In this document: positions 39,540 to 52,500 of the stretch, piece after piece
Layout of the letters: every line of letters starts with the position of its first letter
Numbering within the stretch: position 1 is the first letter of the stretch
DNA from: Kudoa neothunni
Lineage: Eukaryota > Animalia > Cnidaria
Assembly (NCBI GenBank): GCA_964304625.1
Contig: OZ199840.1
Span: forward strand, 6,318,920 to 6,382,919
Direction: 5' to 3'
DNA length: 64,000 nt
Program-made: the position numbers and the translations under genes
Notes under the pieces: model-generated
The model's database searches: none
The model's input: the letters and a program-made list of their open reading frames with translations, nothing else
Told to the model about the DNA's origin: nothing

Positions 39540-40961
39540 TACTTAGCTGGGCAAGGAAGCCTTCGCGAAGCGGGACTTTTGCGCTAGATCTTTATATTTT
39601 TTTATCTCTTAAAAACTTGGCAGTGCACATAGTTTTCGAGCCGGGCCAGAATTCGACTTTTAAAAATCCGTCAAGCCAAAAAATAACGTTTAAGATAACA
39701 CTTCAACGGGATTTAAATAATTCGGGAAAGGAAAAAATATGACATTTTCCTTAAATTATTTAGCGTTGGTACCGAGTCACGAAATTTATAAATGAACGTC
39801 GGGATTGGAACACCCTTTCGAAGAAATGATCATAATTTAAATTTCATAATCCAAATCGTTAAAGTATGATGCTTAAATTTTTTAGTTATTTTGTTTCTAT
39901 GGGTTAATTCGAAACTTCAATATATTTTTTGCATGCTATTAAAAAGGGTCTCTGGATAGTTCCCGTCAGTACATGTAAAGAGGGCTGTCGGTATGTTGGT
40001 GTGTGCTCGCCTATGTGCGCACGCGCGGAATTTTTTTCTTATAGATAGCTATTTATGTAACTTTTAATAGTTAAAGATAATTTAAAAATTCTTTTATTTG
40101 TTATTACACTGACAGAAGTTCATAAAACGTATAGGAAATTGTGTTGATGTCGGTTTTAGGTTGTTTAAGCGGATTATATGTTTAAATAATAGGATTCCTT
40201 TTGTTATTTCATGTCGATGTTTACGTGTACTGCAGTTCTACAAGTTATCAAGAAAGTTTTTAGTGGTTCAACCTTAGGCTATATATCCACGATCTCATGA
40301 TACATCTTATATCGTGTATCTGTCTGTACGCTTAAAGTCGATGTGTCCGCTTGGATGTGTGCTTAAATACACTCTTTATTTTTGCAACTTTCATATATTT
40401 GGCTTGATAATTACACTTTGAAAGTTCTATAGGTGGCATCTAATATAGCAAAAATATTCAAATTTTCTAAATTAATGGAGAATTGGAAGTATATGTTGTA
40501 ATTAGATGGATTCAACCCTTACATACTGAAACTAGGTCCCTAAATTTCATTATAGCGACCGTTCAACTTAATTTTAAGCGATAAGAGTTAATGTATAGAT
40601 TGAAATCTCACTTTATCTAAGTATTTAACACATTTTTGTCTATATTAAGAGGCTACACAGCAGTTATGAGGGGGGTGTGTATAAGAATGTGTCGGATAAA
40701 GATAATAATTTGAACAATAAAATTATTTATGGTAAGTGATTTTTGAGCTATTCAGGTTTTTCTACTTTCGTTATCTCTCTAAAATAATCTCAATTTTTAT
40801 TGTGCTCATCATAGTCGTTTAAAGTATGATATATAACAATTTTTTTATTTAATCTCTCCTCAGGACTAATCAATGAGTCTTATATTTCTTTATTTTTTGG
40901 ACCGTATTCTTCTATGATGAAATTTTCTCAATTCCACACGAAGCTGAGCAGTTCGCGCTAG
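39540..40961 (+). mobile_element. Further Helitron-like 3' ends or fragments
   Basis: AAGCGGGACTTTTGCGCTAG (ends 39587) and AAGCTGAGCAGTTCGCGCTAG|T (ends 40961) resemble the 3' end at 13575. Confidence 0.4.
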
Positions 40962-42129
40962 TACCCTATGTAATGTTTATCTTTATTTTTTTCGCACATC
41001 TCTGTGCAATCTCTTATATGCATTAAATCGTCGAAAAGCTCGACATTTGTTTATAGACGTCGAAAATTGCACACCCTAGTTATAACTTATCAATTAAAAT
41101 CGTCATGATTTAAACAAGTTTAATAAATCAACAGAAAATTTTCCCTAAAATTACGGATAATATAAGACAAAATTTCTTTGGTGGATTATTACGTTTCCAT
41201 AATAATATTAAGTGTTAAAAATGTAAATATCTTAAGGAATATTCTCATAATAAAGAGATTTTACAGCTATTATTATTATTTATTATTTTATCAATATACC
41301 ATGTTTAAATTATCCTAGTAATTCCAGAATGGATTGGTCAATTACATAGCTGATTACTTCATGTAGTTTTTCATAATAAATACCAAGTTTGTTTTAAATG
41401 AAACAAAAAATATTATTAATTTACGTTAAATTATTTATACTAGCCGATTTTGCTTTAGTTTTTGGGGTTACAACGATTAGACACGGAAAAACTTATTTCC
41501 CTTTGTACAGTTTAGGTGACACTCCAAAAATCAAGGTTACAACTCGTTATATTGATCTTAATCACGTTATTTGTTTGGTTCCCAATTGTTAAACTAGTTA
41601 ATAATTTTTTGAAAAATAGTTTTATCAAATTTAGAGTGCATTAAATATTATCCTAATAATTTTGGTCAATATAACTAATTAAATAGGTTGAAATATTTAA
41701 ATGTTGTTTCTTGTGTTCATTAAAACAATTTAATTTGACTGTAACACTAATTGATATAATCATTGCCGTAACTGAACTCAGACTTATTGAGTCATCAGTA
41801 AAATATAGTTTAAATTTGGAATTAACATGAGATTGTGAATAGAATAATTATTATGTAATAGCGGGGATTTAAGTTACTCGATTATTTTCCCGTTTCGTTC
41901 TAGTATTTTAACAGAATTTAAAATATTGGAATAGAGAAAATCATTTTTAGAGAGTATTTATTTACGTGGAATCATACATCTACATTATTCACAAAATCAA
42001 GAAATATTCTGTTCGATTCGATGGGTTCTTTTAAATTTGAATATAAACCACCCAAAATATTATAATAACAGTATATGGTCAGATATTTATCAAATTTAGT
42101 AATTTTGAAATGAGTAATAGTGGATTTAA

Positions 42130-43820
42130 TTAGTAATATAGGCTTTCGTTGAGAATAGGAATTGATGCCATCTTTAAATACATAATAGTAGCTATTATTG
42201 TCACAACGGCTATTCCACAACAGACCAATCCAAAGATTCTGGTGAATCGTCCCAAAGTGTTTAGTTTCGATTTTACGTTGATATTCAAGATATGTATTCT
42301 ATCCAACTGGGATGTAACAATTTCAATTCTTGTGTGAAGATATAGGGAAGTTGTTTCCATGATTTCGGTTAATTGTGATGGCATTATACTTGGTGGTGTG
42401 GAAGTAACCGAACTTACTTCTATGACACTTAATGATTCCGAAACCAATTCTTCAGCGGTTGATGAAAGGGTCCTCAGTTCCGTAATAATCGATGAAGACT
42501 AGGTATGGTACATTAATAGTAAAAAATGTGAATGAATGTACAAATTGAGTCTCTATTACGATTTCCGTCTCGGTAGAATCAATGAAAATGCTTGCTCTAG
42601 GATCCAATAAGGCGATACCGTACATATTGTGTTTCCTAAGCATTGAAAAAAAAATTCGGTGCATATATAAATGTCCTCGTAATGTTGAAATGATGGAGTG
42701 TATATAGATGAGAAGGAAACATTTATCACTGATTTCGTTGAACTAACAACATTTTTATTTTGCGGAATAAAAATTTATAACTTTCATACATTTTTCATTT
42801 CAGTTTTAGATATTATACATGTTGATTTAATTATTGCGATTAAAGAATTCAAATCACTATGGGTTTCGGGTAATTCAACATCCAAATCGTACAATATCTA
42901 GGATGGAATAAAAATTTGAAGGCTATTTGTGTTCCATAATATTTGCATAAAACGAACAAGAATATTTTCAATACCTTTAAGGGTTGATTTCGCCAACGAA
43001 CCTTACGAAGATTAATATCAACACATTTATTATCTCGTAGAAGTTGATCTTCTATTAGAATTATTGATATAAGTAGAGAGCAGAAAGTCGGATTGAAATT
43101 GTTTCGTGTCATATATATAAACGATTTTCTTTCCTCAAATACATTATCATTGAAACAATAGTCATCGACATAAAAGTTATGAAGTGTGTGACTATTCTGA
43201 TCTATAGAGCAGGGATCTTGGATTGCTAACTGAGCGTCGGCATCTCGAGTGGAGGTGTCCATAGAGGTCTATAATACGTGTTATCATGCTATTGCCTATA
43301 CGCATTTCTTTGTTACCTTCAGCAAACGATAATGAATCAATTTACGCATCATATACAATCCATGACAGAAACAACTTTTGGCATACATATGATAAAATTT
43401 TCCCTGGAGACGTATGGGAAATATCGAGGTCCTTGTTTTTGGTGGATCATCATAAATTAATCCAAAATTTATTGCTTTATTAAATATATAGATCATAGAC
43501 TCCACTGAAGGATTCTAAAAATAAAGTAATCATTTTATTCTACACTCTAAATCCCTCCACACTTTTAGTGTAGCAGAAATATGAATTTACATTAATCATA
43601 TTCTCATAGATCTCGGTGGCAAAATAGACAAATGCTTCATGATCAACAGGTAAATCGATCGTTTTTTGCTCGAGTTCGATTGCATCATTTATCTTCCAGT
43701 TTTTACGAGAACGTAAGGTGGGCAACCAAATAGAGTCCCAAGTACTATTGCATATATGAAAATTAGCGTTAGCAGTATATAATTCTACGTAGGTGATTGA
43801 AAAAATGGGTATAAAAAGAA
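42130..43820 (-). pseudogene. Disrupted, apparently intronless gene for an unknown type I membrane protein
   Basis: Chain of same-strand ORFs. Begins with hydrophobic SFLFIPIFSITYV; ends with an S/T-rich stalk (SSVTSTPPS) and a TM segment IFGLVCCGIAVVTIIATIMYL. Confidence 0.5.
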
Positions 43821-46455
43821 AACTTTAGGGTGATATCTGTTTGAGAAATAGTTTTCGCCCAAGTTTTTTACTGCAAGCTGTAGACACGTTCGCACGGCAC
43901 TTATAAATTGATCATAACTTAAATTAGGTGATACTATAATTTAATAAAAATAACTTCGATAAGAAAAAAATTCTATATTACATTGGCATTTTTTACACCG
44001 AATTTCTATTGAAAGGTGATGAGCATTTATATCCATTTTCTCAAATGTGTATGAAGCCACGTAAAGTGTATTGTCATGTATAAACAACGAAATACCGGTC
44101 TAAAAGTAATACAAATCAATGAATCACAAAATATATACAATTGATTCATTAGAAATGGATTTTCTTAAAAACAGAGTAACAGTAACAAACACAATTAGCC
44201 AACCATCCATCATAATCTCGAATTAAATCAAATACTCGTCAATTTATTTTAAGAAAATTAGGGAATTGTTAGTAAACAACGACAATGAATAAATTTGGCA
44301 TTGTGATATTTTAGAGTTGAAAAAATTAATTTAAAAATGGGATTAAGTTTTTCAATATTAAAATTTCCAATGAAAATTTGAAAGATGTTCATTTTGTTAG
44401 TGTTTACACATATCTGAAAATTCTTTGTTTTGGAGTAATATTTCTACTTGATGTAAATATTAATTTATTGGTTTATTCAGTAAAAAATTTTATTTCTTTG
44501 ATTTTAAACAAAATTAATGAATTATTTTGATTTCGGTCAAAGAATTTAAAATTTTTATAATACATTTTAATTCGTTAATTTAATACGTAAATACAAAGTT
44601 CATAAATGTATCACGCAAATGCTCTAAGCTGGAAGATTGGAATTTTCGCAGGGGTAACAAATAACAAAAGAAGAAATTTTTTAATGAGCCATTTTATCAA
44701 ATTCGTAATAGATGATTAAGATGATATGCATACAAGAATAATTGAACTCCCGTTACAAGGGCTGCTAATGGAAAAAACGAAAATATCATCATTTCATGTT
44801 GAGGCCTCTGGAAGATCCTATATGATGATAGAACCATATACAGCCAAACCTCGATATTGCGAAGAAAATTGGGGATTCAATTTTACTACGCAATACCGAT
44901 GCTCGCGCGTGTGCATTGAAGGGAATTGTATTTTTATGATTTAACCTATTTTTTAAGCATAGAATCCAGAAATGAAAATATAAGTTAATTGTTAAATGAG
45001 GTTTCTTTTTATTTTTTGTGAAAAAAGTCCGTTATGGTAGTTTGGAGTTCTCTTTTTTTTAGTATTGAGATCAGCCGGTCCATTACAGGGTGTAGGTCGA
45101 ATAAACCTTCAGGTTCTTTTGCGATAAAAGTTTTCCTTAAAGTTTTTATTTCTTCCCTAATTTTCTTTGTAGGGACCTTTTTTATGGCTTTGTCTGTTTC
45201 ATCCTTTTCATTATCAGATATATCATCTATGTCGCTATTAATGACGGAGAGGAGTTTGCTTCATCGTGAACTTTTTCGTTAATTTCAGAAGATGATACAT
45301 CATCAAATGAGTCTAGTTAATTTTAGAAAAATAATTTTTGATAAAATACCTTCATTAATGTTATCATATTCTTGAATTTTTTGAATAGCTGTTGATGCTA
45401 TCAAACATATATTTATAATTTTAATCAAAAATTACCTTCATCAAAAACACCTGACTTTTTAAAACAATTAATAATTGTTTCCTTCGAAAAATTATTCCAA
45501 GCATTTTTTGACGTTTTTAAACAGTCGAATAAAATATAGTTTTTTAATATTAATTCATTATCATCCAATACACTAATCGAATGGAGAATTTTGTTATGGT
45601 TGCTTTTTAATGAGTTAATTATTCCTAAATCGCAAGGCCGTAATATTGATGTAGTATTCTTCGGCAAAAATAAAAATTTAATATTTTCTAGACCGTCCAT
45701 GTCTTTAGGGTGGGAGGAGCATTGGTCTAATAAGATTAAAACTTTTCTATTCTCTTTTTCAAACATATTGTTAAATTTTTTCATAATTTGAAAAAAGATA
45801 AAGGCATTCATCCACGAGTTTTTCCGTGAAAAATATTCAATTGGTAGATGGGATATATTCTTAAAACAACGAGGCTTCTGATATTTACCAATTACATATA
45901 ATGGTAATTTTGAACCATCTAAGGCCGCGGATACTAAAACCGTAACATGCTTCTTGGACACTTAAGATCCTCGGACATTTTGTTCTGCTTTTAATACGTA
46001 AGTTCGCTTATTAATTTGTTGGTAAAAAAGCGCAGTCTCATCAACGTTAATAATATTTTTTGGATCGTTACTTTGCAGAATATCTTTATTCTCAAATTTC
46101 CAAGCATATATTGAAGAAGAATCAGCACTAGATGCTTCTCCGTGAAGTCTTACAGAACGAAGTCTAAATCTATTTATAAAGCATGCCAGCCATCCTCTAC
46201 TTGCATTAAAATTGTCGATATTCTTTTCTTTGGCGGTTGACAATGCTTTTGCTATTATAATTTCACCAGAAATTAGTTTTTTATTATTTCAGGCATTTAC
46301 GATCCAATTATAAACTTCGGTATCGACATCTTCATGTTTACCGCTAGAAAATCGCTTTCTCTTGTTAGAAATATTGGAATCAGTAATTTTTTGTTCCATT
46401 GAGAGAAATTCTACTGAGAGTCGAATATTCTTACCAAAAATTATCGTTATTATTA

Positions 46456-47729
46456 CCGGGTTTTGCATCCAAATCCGGACATTATCGTAATTAACCTCGT
46501 TTGTTGCTCCACGTTGTTTGAATATTGTTGAAACGATGCCTGGTAGAACTGAACATAGTAACGAGAGACGAGAGATGGTAATCGACGCCGTGATTTTTAA
46601 GGGTAAATCCCAGGCACAGGCCGCCAGAGATCTAAATGTTCCTCGCTCGACGGTGAGTGATATGATAAAAGCCTATGATGTTGAAGAAAGGGTTTTAAAA
46701 ACTCCCAAAGGGAGTGCTAGAAATATTACTTTGACGGAGGATTTAAAGAAAAGTCTATTAGACTTAATTAATGATGATTGTACCATAACATTGCAATCGA
46801 TCATAGAAAAATTAAATCTGAGGGTACACAGATCAATCGTTTGGAGATGGCCAAACGCCTTAAATATATCCTATAAAATGACGCGTCCTGTACCTAGAAG
46901 CAGAAATAGCGCCGAGGTTAAATCAGAAGGCAACATTTATGCCAATTGGTATACGAGCCTGCCTCTTGATATGCGCTATAAAAATTTGATTTTTGTGGAT
47001 GAGAACCCCTTCTCGTTACATTCATTACGCAATCATGGACGTTCGCGTGTTAGAACGACACCTAACCCGGTGGTGCAAAATAGCAGGGGGAGAAACGTCA
47101 CTATGAAACTCGCTGTTAACGCAATAAACGTGGTAAGTTGCGAGGCTATACTCGGTGGTGTCAACCACATAATCTGTCAAGAGTTCTTGAGTAAACTCAA
47201 GAATATTTTGGGGAACGGTGAATTCATCATTGTGATGGATAAAGTTAGGTTCAATCACACGAATGCCGAATTCTATGATGAATATCCATATGAAATTCAT
47301 TATCTCCCAAGATATTCGCCCTTCTTAAACCCATGCGAGGAGGTATTCTCCCAAATAAAAAATAATGTGAGAAGAACTGGACCCTTGCCTGGAACCAACG
47401 AATTACTGGAAAGGATGAAAAATTCCACAAGTAATGTCACGGAGCGAAATTTAAAAAATTATTTCCAGAACGCCGAAACATTCTTGGGAAGATGTCATAC
47501 TTACCAAGATATTGGACGCGATTAAAATCAATATAGTTATTTATTGTTAAACTGAAATACTTTTTTTTCTATTTTTGCATTTTAACATTTGGCGACGCGT
47601 ATTTTTTTAATTGATATAATTATCAAACCTTTTATATTTAATCATGCGTTAGAATTAATAAAAGAAGACATTAATACGTTAGATATCCAACAAACAAAAA
47701 TAATGTCCGGATTTGAATGCAAAACCCGG
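46456..47729 (+). mobile_element. IS630/Tc1-type transposon, full length
   Basis: 29-bp TIR CCGGGTTTTGCAT(C/T)CAAATCCGGACATTA with one mismatch; TA TSD on both sides. Confidence 0.93.
46536..47525 (+). CDS. IS630/Tc1 transposase, intact frame, DD32E
   Basis: HTH (SQAQAARDLNVPRSTVSDMI), IFVDE, IVMD, LPRYSPFLNPCEE. Confidence 0.88.
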   Translation: MPGRTEHSNERREMVIDAVIFKGKSQAQAARDLNVPRSTVSDMIKAYDVEERVLKTPKGSARNITLTEDLKKSLLDLINDDCTITLQSIIEKLNLRVHRSIVWRWPNALNISYKMTRPVPRSRNSAEVKSEGNIYANWYTSLPLDMRYKNLIFVDENPFSLHSLRNHGRSRVRTTPNPVVQNSRGRNVTMKLAVNAINVVSCEAILGGVNHIICQEFLSKLKNILGNGEFIIVMDKVRFNHTNAEFYDEYPYEIHYLPRYSPFLNPCEEVFSQIKNNVRRTGPLPGTNELLERMKNSTSNVTERNLKNYFQNAETFLGRCHTYQDIGRD

Positions 47730-48529
47730 TAGTATAAAGTAAAAACATTTGAATACTTAGTCCGAATTTCATTACGGTCATTTTTTGCACTTTTAATTGA
47801 TTTAATTGAATTGTTGTAACTAATAATTTTACTCTTCTCATCAATATCTCGCTGCAATCTCGACATTGTCAATTTTACTGCACACTATCGAATCAAACGC
47901 GCAATCCGGACTTTGAATTTACTACATAATGCAAAATCACTTCGCAATATCGAATAATATACGCCTTCTTTTATTTAAAAATTTTGTTCTTCACAATAAT
48001 TTTATAATATTGGCATTAATATATCTAATATATTTTCCAATTTAACTAAAATAGAACAAATACAAAAGATATTGGGCTACTACGCAATACCGAGGCACGA
48101 CTGTAGCGCCTTATGGAATACAACAGAGAGATCTAGATTGTTCTAGAAGTATAACAACTTTATATATACTACTGGTAGTGTGTTTGGGGATTATTGTTAC
48201 ATAAACGGTTATGTTTTCTTGCCCTAACATTTCATATTCATATTCAAAGTATATCAAAGCATATCAATATTTCGTAACTATTCACAAATAACAATAGCCT
48301 TTACATAATGAGATTTCACTTTAAAAATTATCAGTTGATGATTCCTACGAGCGATGGGTGGATCCCTTTTTCACATTAAGACAACATTAATTATATTTAG
48401 AGACCAAAAACTCAATCACTATCCATCTGAAGAGTACATTTATGTTTAGTATGAGAGCGGAAAAATTTTATTTAACCTGATTCAATTTTTATGGTTTTTC
48501 TCGTTTTGAATGATATTTAACCCTCCAGA

Positions 48530-48952
48530 GCCGAGAATAGATAGCCCAGCGGTGTGGTGATTGAACTAAATACCTGGAGGTACTGGGTTCGATTTCCTTT
48601 ATTGATCAGTCTACTGTTCCCGTACGACTGTATCTCTATCCTATAATAGATAGAAGCTATTGTTAGAGTGCGATGACATTATAAGTTTAATCTAACCTGC
48701 AGTTTTAATTCGATCTAGCCGAAGAGGTTGAATTAGACGTTTGATTGTCAGATTGCATTAACAGGTTTGAGATCTCTCTAAAGCCAAAATCCTTATGGAT
48801 AGGGTTTGAGGTGACGGTTTCCCCGAAACGAGGATGTTTAGTGGTTTAAACTCCCACACAACAGTAGAAAGATAAGGTGCGAGGGGTAGATGTTACTCGT
48901 CCTGTGGTGCCTGCAGCGTTAATGGGGGTGATCTAACCAATCCTAACTCCAC
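48530..48952 (+). mobile_element. tRNA-derived SINE-like element
   Basis: Pol III A box TAGCCCAGCGG (48542-48552) and B box GGTTCGATTTCC (48586-48597), followed by a relatively GC-rich non-coding body. Confidence 0.5.
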
Positions 48953-49555
48953 TAGGGCTGCCAGCGAGATTTTAGAAAAACCCCAAGGATGGACGGTGAA
49001 ATAACTCAAGTTTAAGTAAAAAAACCCCAAGATCGAGAAAAACGCTAACCTAAAGTACAACAAAAAATAGAATCATTTCTATTAAAGTTTTTAATCATTT
49101 TCCGAGTCTTCAAATACGTCTACAGATATTAAATTTAAATTTATCGTCGTATTGTTGCAATTTATTGTTGCGAACACTCATTCAAACTTAATGTCTAGTA
49201 TAGATCAATACGCACATAATGAATGAATTAATTAATTCCTAGTTCAAGATATATTTTGAAATAACGTTAAATTTTATAATAATGTGCGACAATGTTAATT
49301 GAACACTTGTGCAATCGTGCCCCGTTAAACAATCTATTGTACTGTCGTGTAATATCGTAAATGTTTAAACTCTGCACGATGTAATCTGAGTAGGATACGT
49401 TATTAAAAATATAGATATTAATGTCGCACATAATAAAATTTTGTGTATTATTCAATGTTTACAGGTTTTCAACAAAAACCCAAGATTTTAAAGAAGAATG
49501 ACAAAAAACCAAGAACCCAAGGTGACCACAAAAAACCCAAGCAGTGGACGTCCTG
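48953..49555. mobile_element. hAT-type MITE with AAAA(C)CCCAAG subterminal repeats
   Basis: Ends TAGGGCTGCCA ... TGGACGTCCTG; flanks AACTCCAC / AACTCACA; about six copies of AAAACC(C)CAAG. Confidence 0.55.
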
Positions 49556-49594
49556 AACTCACACAGCCTAATTAGTTGCGCCTGGGGTTTTTAC

Positions 49595-52500
49595 CAGACA
49601 ATGTCCGTTCGTTCGTGCAAATTTCGTTCGTTCGTGTTCGTGTACCACATTTTTACACGTTTAAAATTTTTTCGTGATTCGTTCGTGTTCGTGTCCTCTT
49701 TTAGTTACACTGTGTCAGGCTGGAGTGTGGAAAGTGTTGAAGAGGCTTTGAAAACTAGCAGACTTTTCTCTTGGAAAAAATCTACAACGCGTTCTAAAGA
49801 ATGGGACAATTTCTGTTCCATCTTTACTAAAAACGGGGATGAAACATCCCAAATTGATTTTATTGTTTGCACAAAGTGCAACAAAGCATTCCCGCATAAG
49901 TCGTCTTACGGGAATAGGAAGCTTATTAGTCATAATAAGTTACATGCTAAAACAAATACAAATATAAAAATTAATGAATTATTTGTTTCACCTCCCTCCA
50001 TTGTTAATTTAAGCCTATCAGATCAGGTAATGTTTGACACTAAAATTGCTAATTTTGTAGCTGAAACAATCTCCCCGTTTACAATAACAGAAAGTGCATC
50101 GTTTACGGAGATGATAAACTTCGCATTTAACTTAGGCAAAAAGTTCAATGAACCTAGTGCTAGACTTAAGATTTTATCCAAAAAATGTGTTAAAAAAATA
50201 ATCATGAATGAGTATGAGTGCATGTATTTAAAAATGGAAAAATTAATTACAACAAGTCACAATAGTATGTGCCTAACCATTGATATTTGGACTGATAATG
50301 CCAAAATCAACTCATTCATTGATATATCAGTGTTGTTTGTTAAAAATTTCACCCTTCAACATTTCCAATACGACATGATCTATTTTCCTGTAAAACACAC
50401 TGCCGAAAATATAAATAAAATCTGCACGGAATTTTGTATTAAATTTTCACTTAGCAAATCTGATCTAAGAATTGTTTGTGACTCCACAGCAAACAATCTA
50501 TCTGGTCTAAGAGAGTTCAACACAACCAGATGTGCTGCTCACCGCCTTCACACTATTATATCTCAAGGTATTTTATGTATTAAATTTATGTTAAAATTTT
50601 GATGAGTAAATAATTGTAAAAGTGATATACTTAACGATATGCTATCTTGATCTCTCATAATTCTGTTTGGAAAATCAAGATAAAACTGTTATAATCTAAA
50701 TTTAAATAGTTTATATTTATGTATTTTAATATATTGATTACACTTTTTTATCACTAAGTTTATAAATAAATTTTACTTTCGCTATAATATCTAATTTCGA
50801 TTTTTTTATTATGTGTAGCTTGGGATCTTAGTACAAACAGCACATCCGATTTATCCATACTAAGGGTGAATGTTGACAAACTGTGCGGATCTGTTCATAA
50901 AACGGCGGATTTACAGTCAAAATTACCAATGAAAATACAATGGGGCTCAGCTACGCGACCATGGAGAGGCCTCAGCGATCGATATAGGACGTTAGTGGCG
51001 TGTTTCGATAGTTTGGAGGATGTGCTAAAAAATCATCCAGCTAAAAAATACTTTGACGGATTGGACAAGAAAGAATGCGTTGTTGTAGCTGAATTTTTCA
51101 AAATATTTTCCGATTTCTTTGATCAGTTGGAGCAGGTGAAAAGGCCATCGTCACATTTTGTAATTCGTTTAAGTTTCGTTTTTTATATTATCGTTAGGTG
51201 TTTATTGTATTTCATCGTATCAAAGCAATGATTCAAAAACAACGTGAAACTTTTATGGGCGATTATTGTATGCATTTGGAAAGTTTATTGGACGAAAAAT
51301 ACACACAATGTATTGATATCAACCATAAAATCGCAGCTTTTCTCCATCCAAATTTTAAAAAATTCAAATTTATTGAGTGTCTTTGCAAAATAAAGAATTA
51401 AATTTTGTGATAAATCACGTTGAGTCGCTTTTGTCTGGCATGGCTGAACCAAATTACCCATATAAAAAAAAAATTTGATGGTAAATCTTTTCTTGTAACA
51501 AATATTTAAAAAAATTAGAATTAATCCCAAAGAGCTAGGAACTTCTGAAAACCCACTCAATATGTTATGAACTGGATAGTGACTCAGAAGATTTTCAATC
51601 AGAAATTCAACTGTACATCCGAGAAAAAGTCAACCAAGTTTACGAAAATCCGCTCGTTTATTGGGAAAACTCCAAGAATGAAAATCTTAAAAAAATTGCA
51701 ACTAACGTGTACAGCCGACCAGCATCCAGCTCAATGTCAGAACGGGCGTTTTCATACGCTGGAAAAATTTTATCCAAGTCTAGATATAGACTTGAACCGA
51801 ACACATTAAGAAAATTAGTAGTTTATACTAATAATATTAAAAATAAGACACTTCTGGAGTGAATTTAATTCACTCCTTCTCTTTATTATGTTTTATTTTG
51901 CATTATCTCAAAAGAAAACTGAACAGACCTAACTTAGCCACTTCAAAAATTCACTTCTAACTATTAGACTTATAAAATTAGGGTTTGAAAGTATTTTTAT
52001 CATTCTAAAAAATGTTTAGGCAGATTTGACTATAGCGGAACTTAATATAACGAGGTTCTGTTTCCTAAATTAATTTGATTATCTTTTAAAAAAAACTGAT
52101 ATCAAATTTGTATTTGGTAATAAAATATGAAATTGTGACATGAGGTAACATATCTCAAAAATTCCAGTAAATCAAGGTGAAGATCGTAATTGCTTACATT
52201 CAATGCCTCATATTTTTCTTCGCTTAAAATTTAATAGTAATTTCATATCTAAGATCTTTTTGGTAATGGTAAAGTATGCGCCACCTAAAAACGCCCGCTT
52301 GTGCATGTTATTCGAATATCTTTTTTTCAACAAACATTGAATTGTTGTCTAATTCGTTTTGATAATCACTCATAAGTTGGTTATTCTTCATATTTTTTAG
52401 CATATAAACATAAATTATACAATATCAGATTTATTTATACATGTTTTTATTAGTTTTAATTACGAATAGTTCAAAAACGAGGACAACTACGTACTCTCAA

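Larger units (their letters stand above)
44841..48103 (-). mobile_element. pogo/Tigger (DD31D) transposon, decayed, interrupted by a Tc1-like element
   Basis: TA|CAGCCAAACCTCGATATTGCGAA ... TACGCAATACCGAGGCACGACTG|TA; FNASRGWL, LHGEASS, NVDETALF, LLDQC..RPCDLGII. Confidence 0.88.

Noticed and set aside
48530-48605. Functional tRNA gene
   Set aside because: A and B boxes are present, but the acceptor and anticodon stems do not pair.
48800-48860. Hammerhead ribozyme or SECIS around GTGACGGTTTCCCCGAAAC
   Set aside because: No CUGANGA core, and no pairing 3' arm with the GA quartet.
48975-49695. AAAACCCAAG and TTCGTG repeats as CRISPR or telomeric repeats
   Set aside because: Irregular spacing and position next to TIRs identify them as hAT subterminal repeats.
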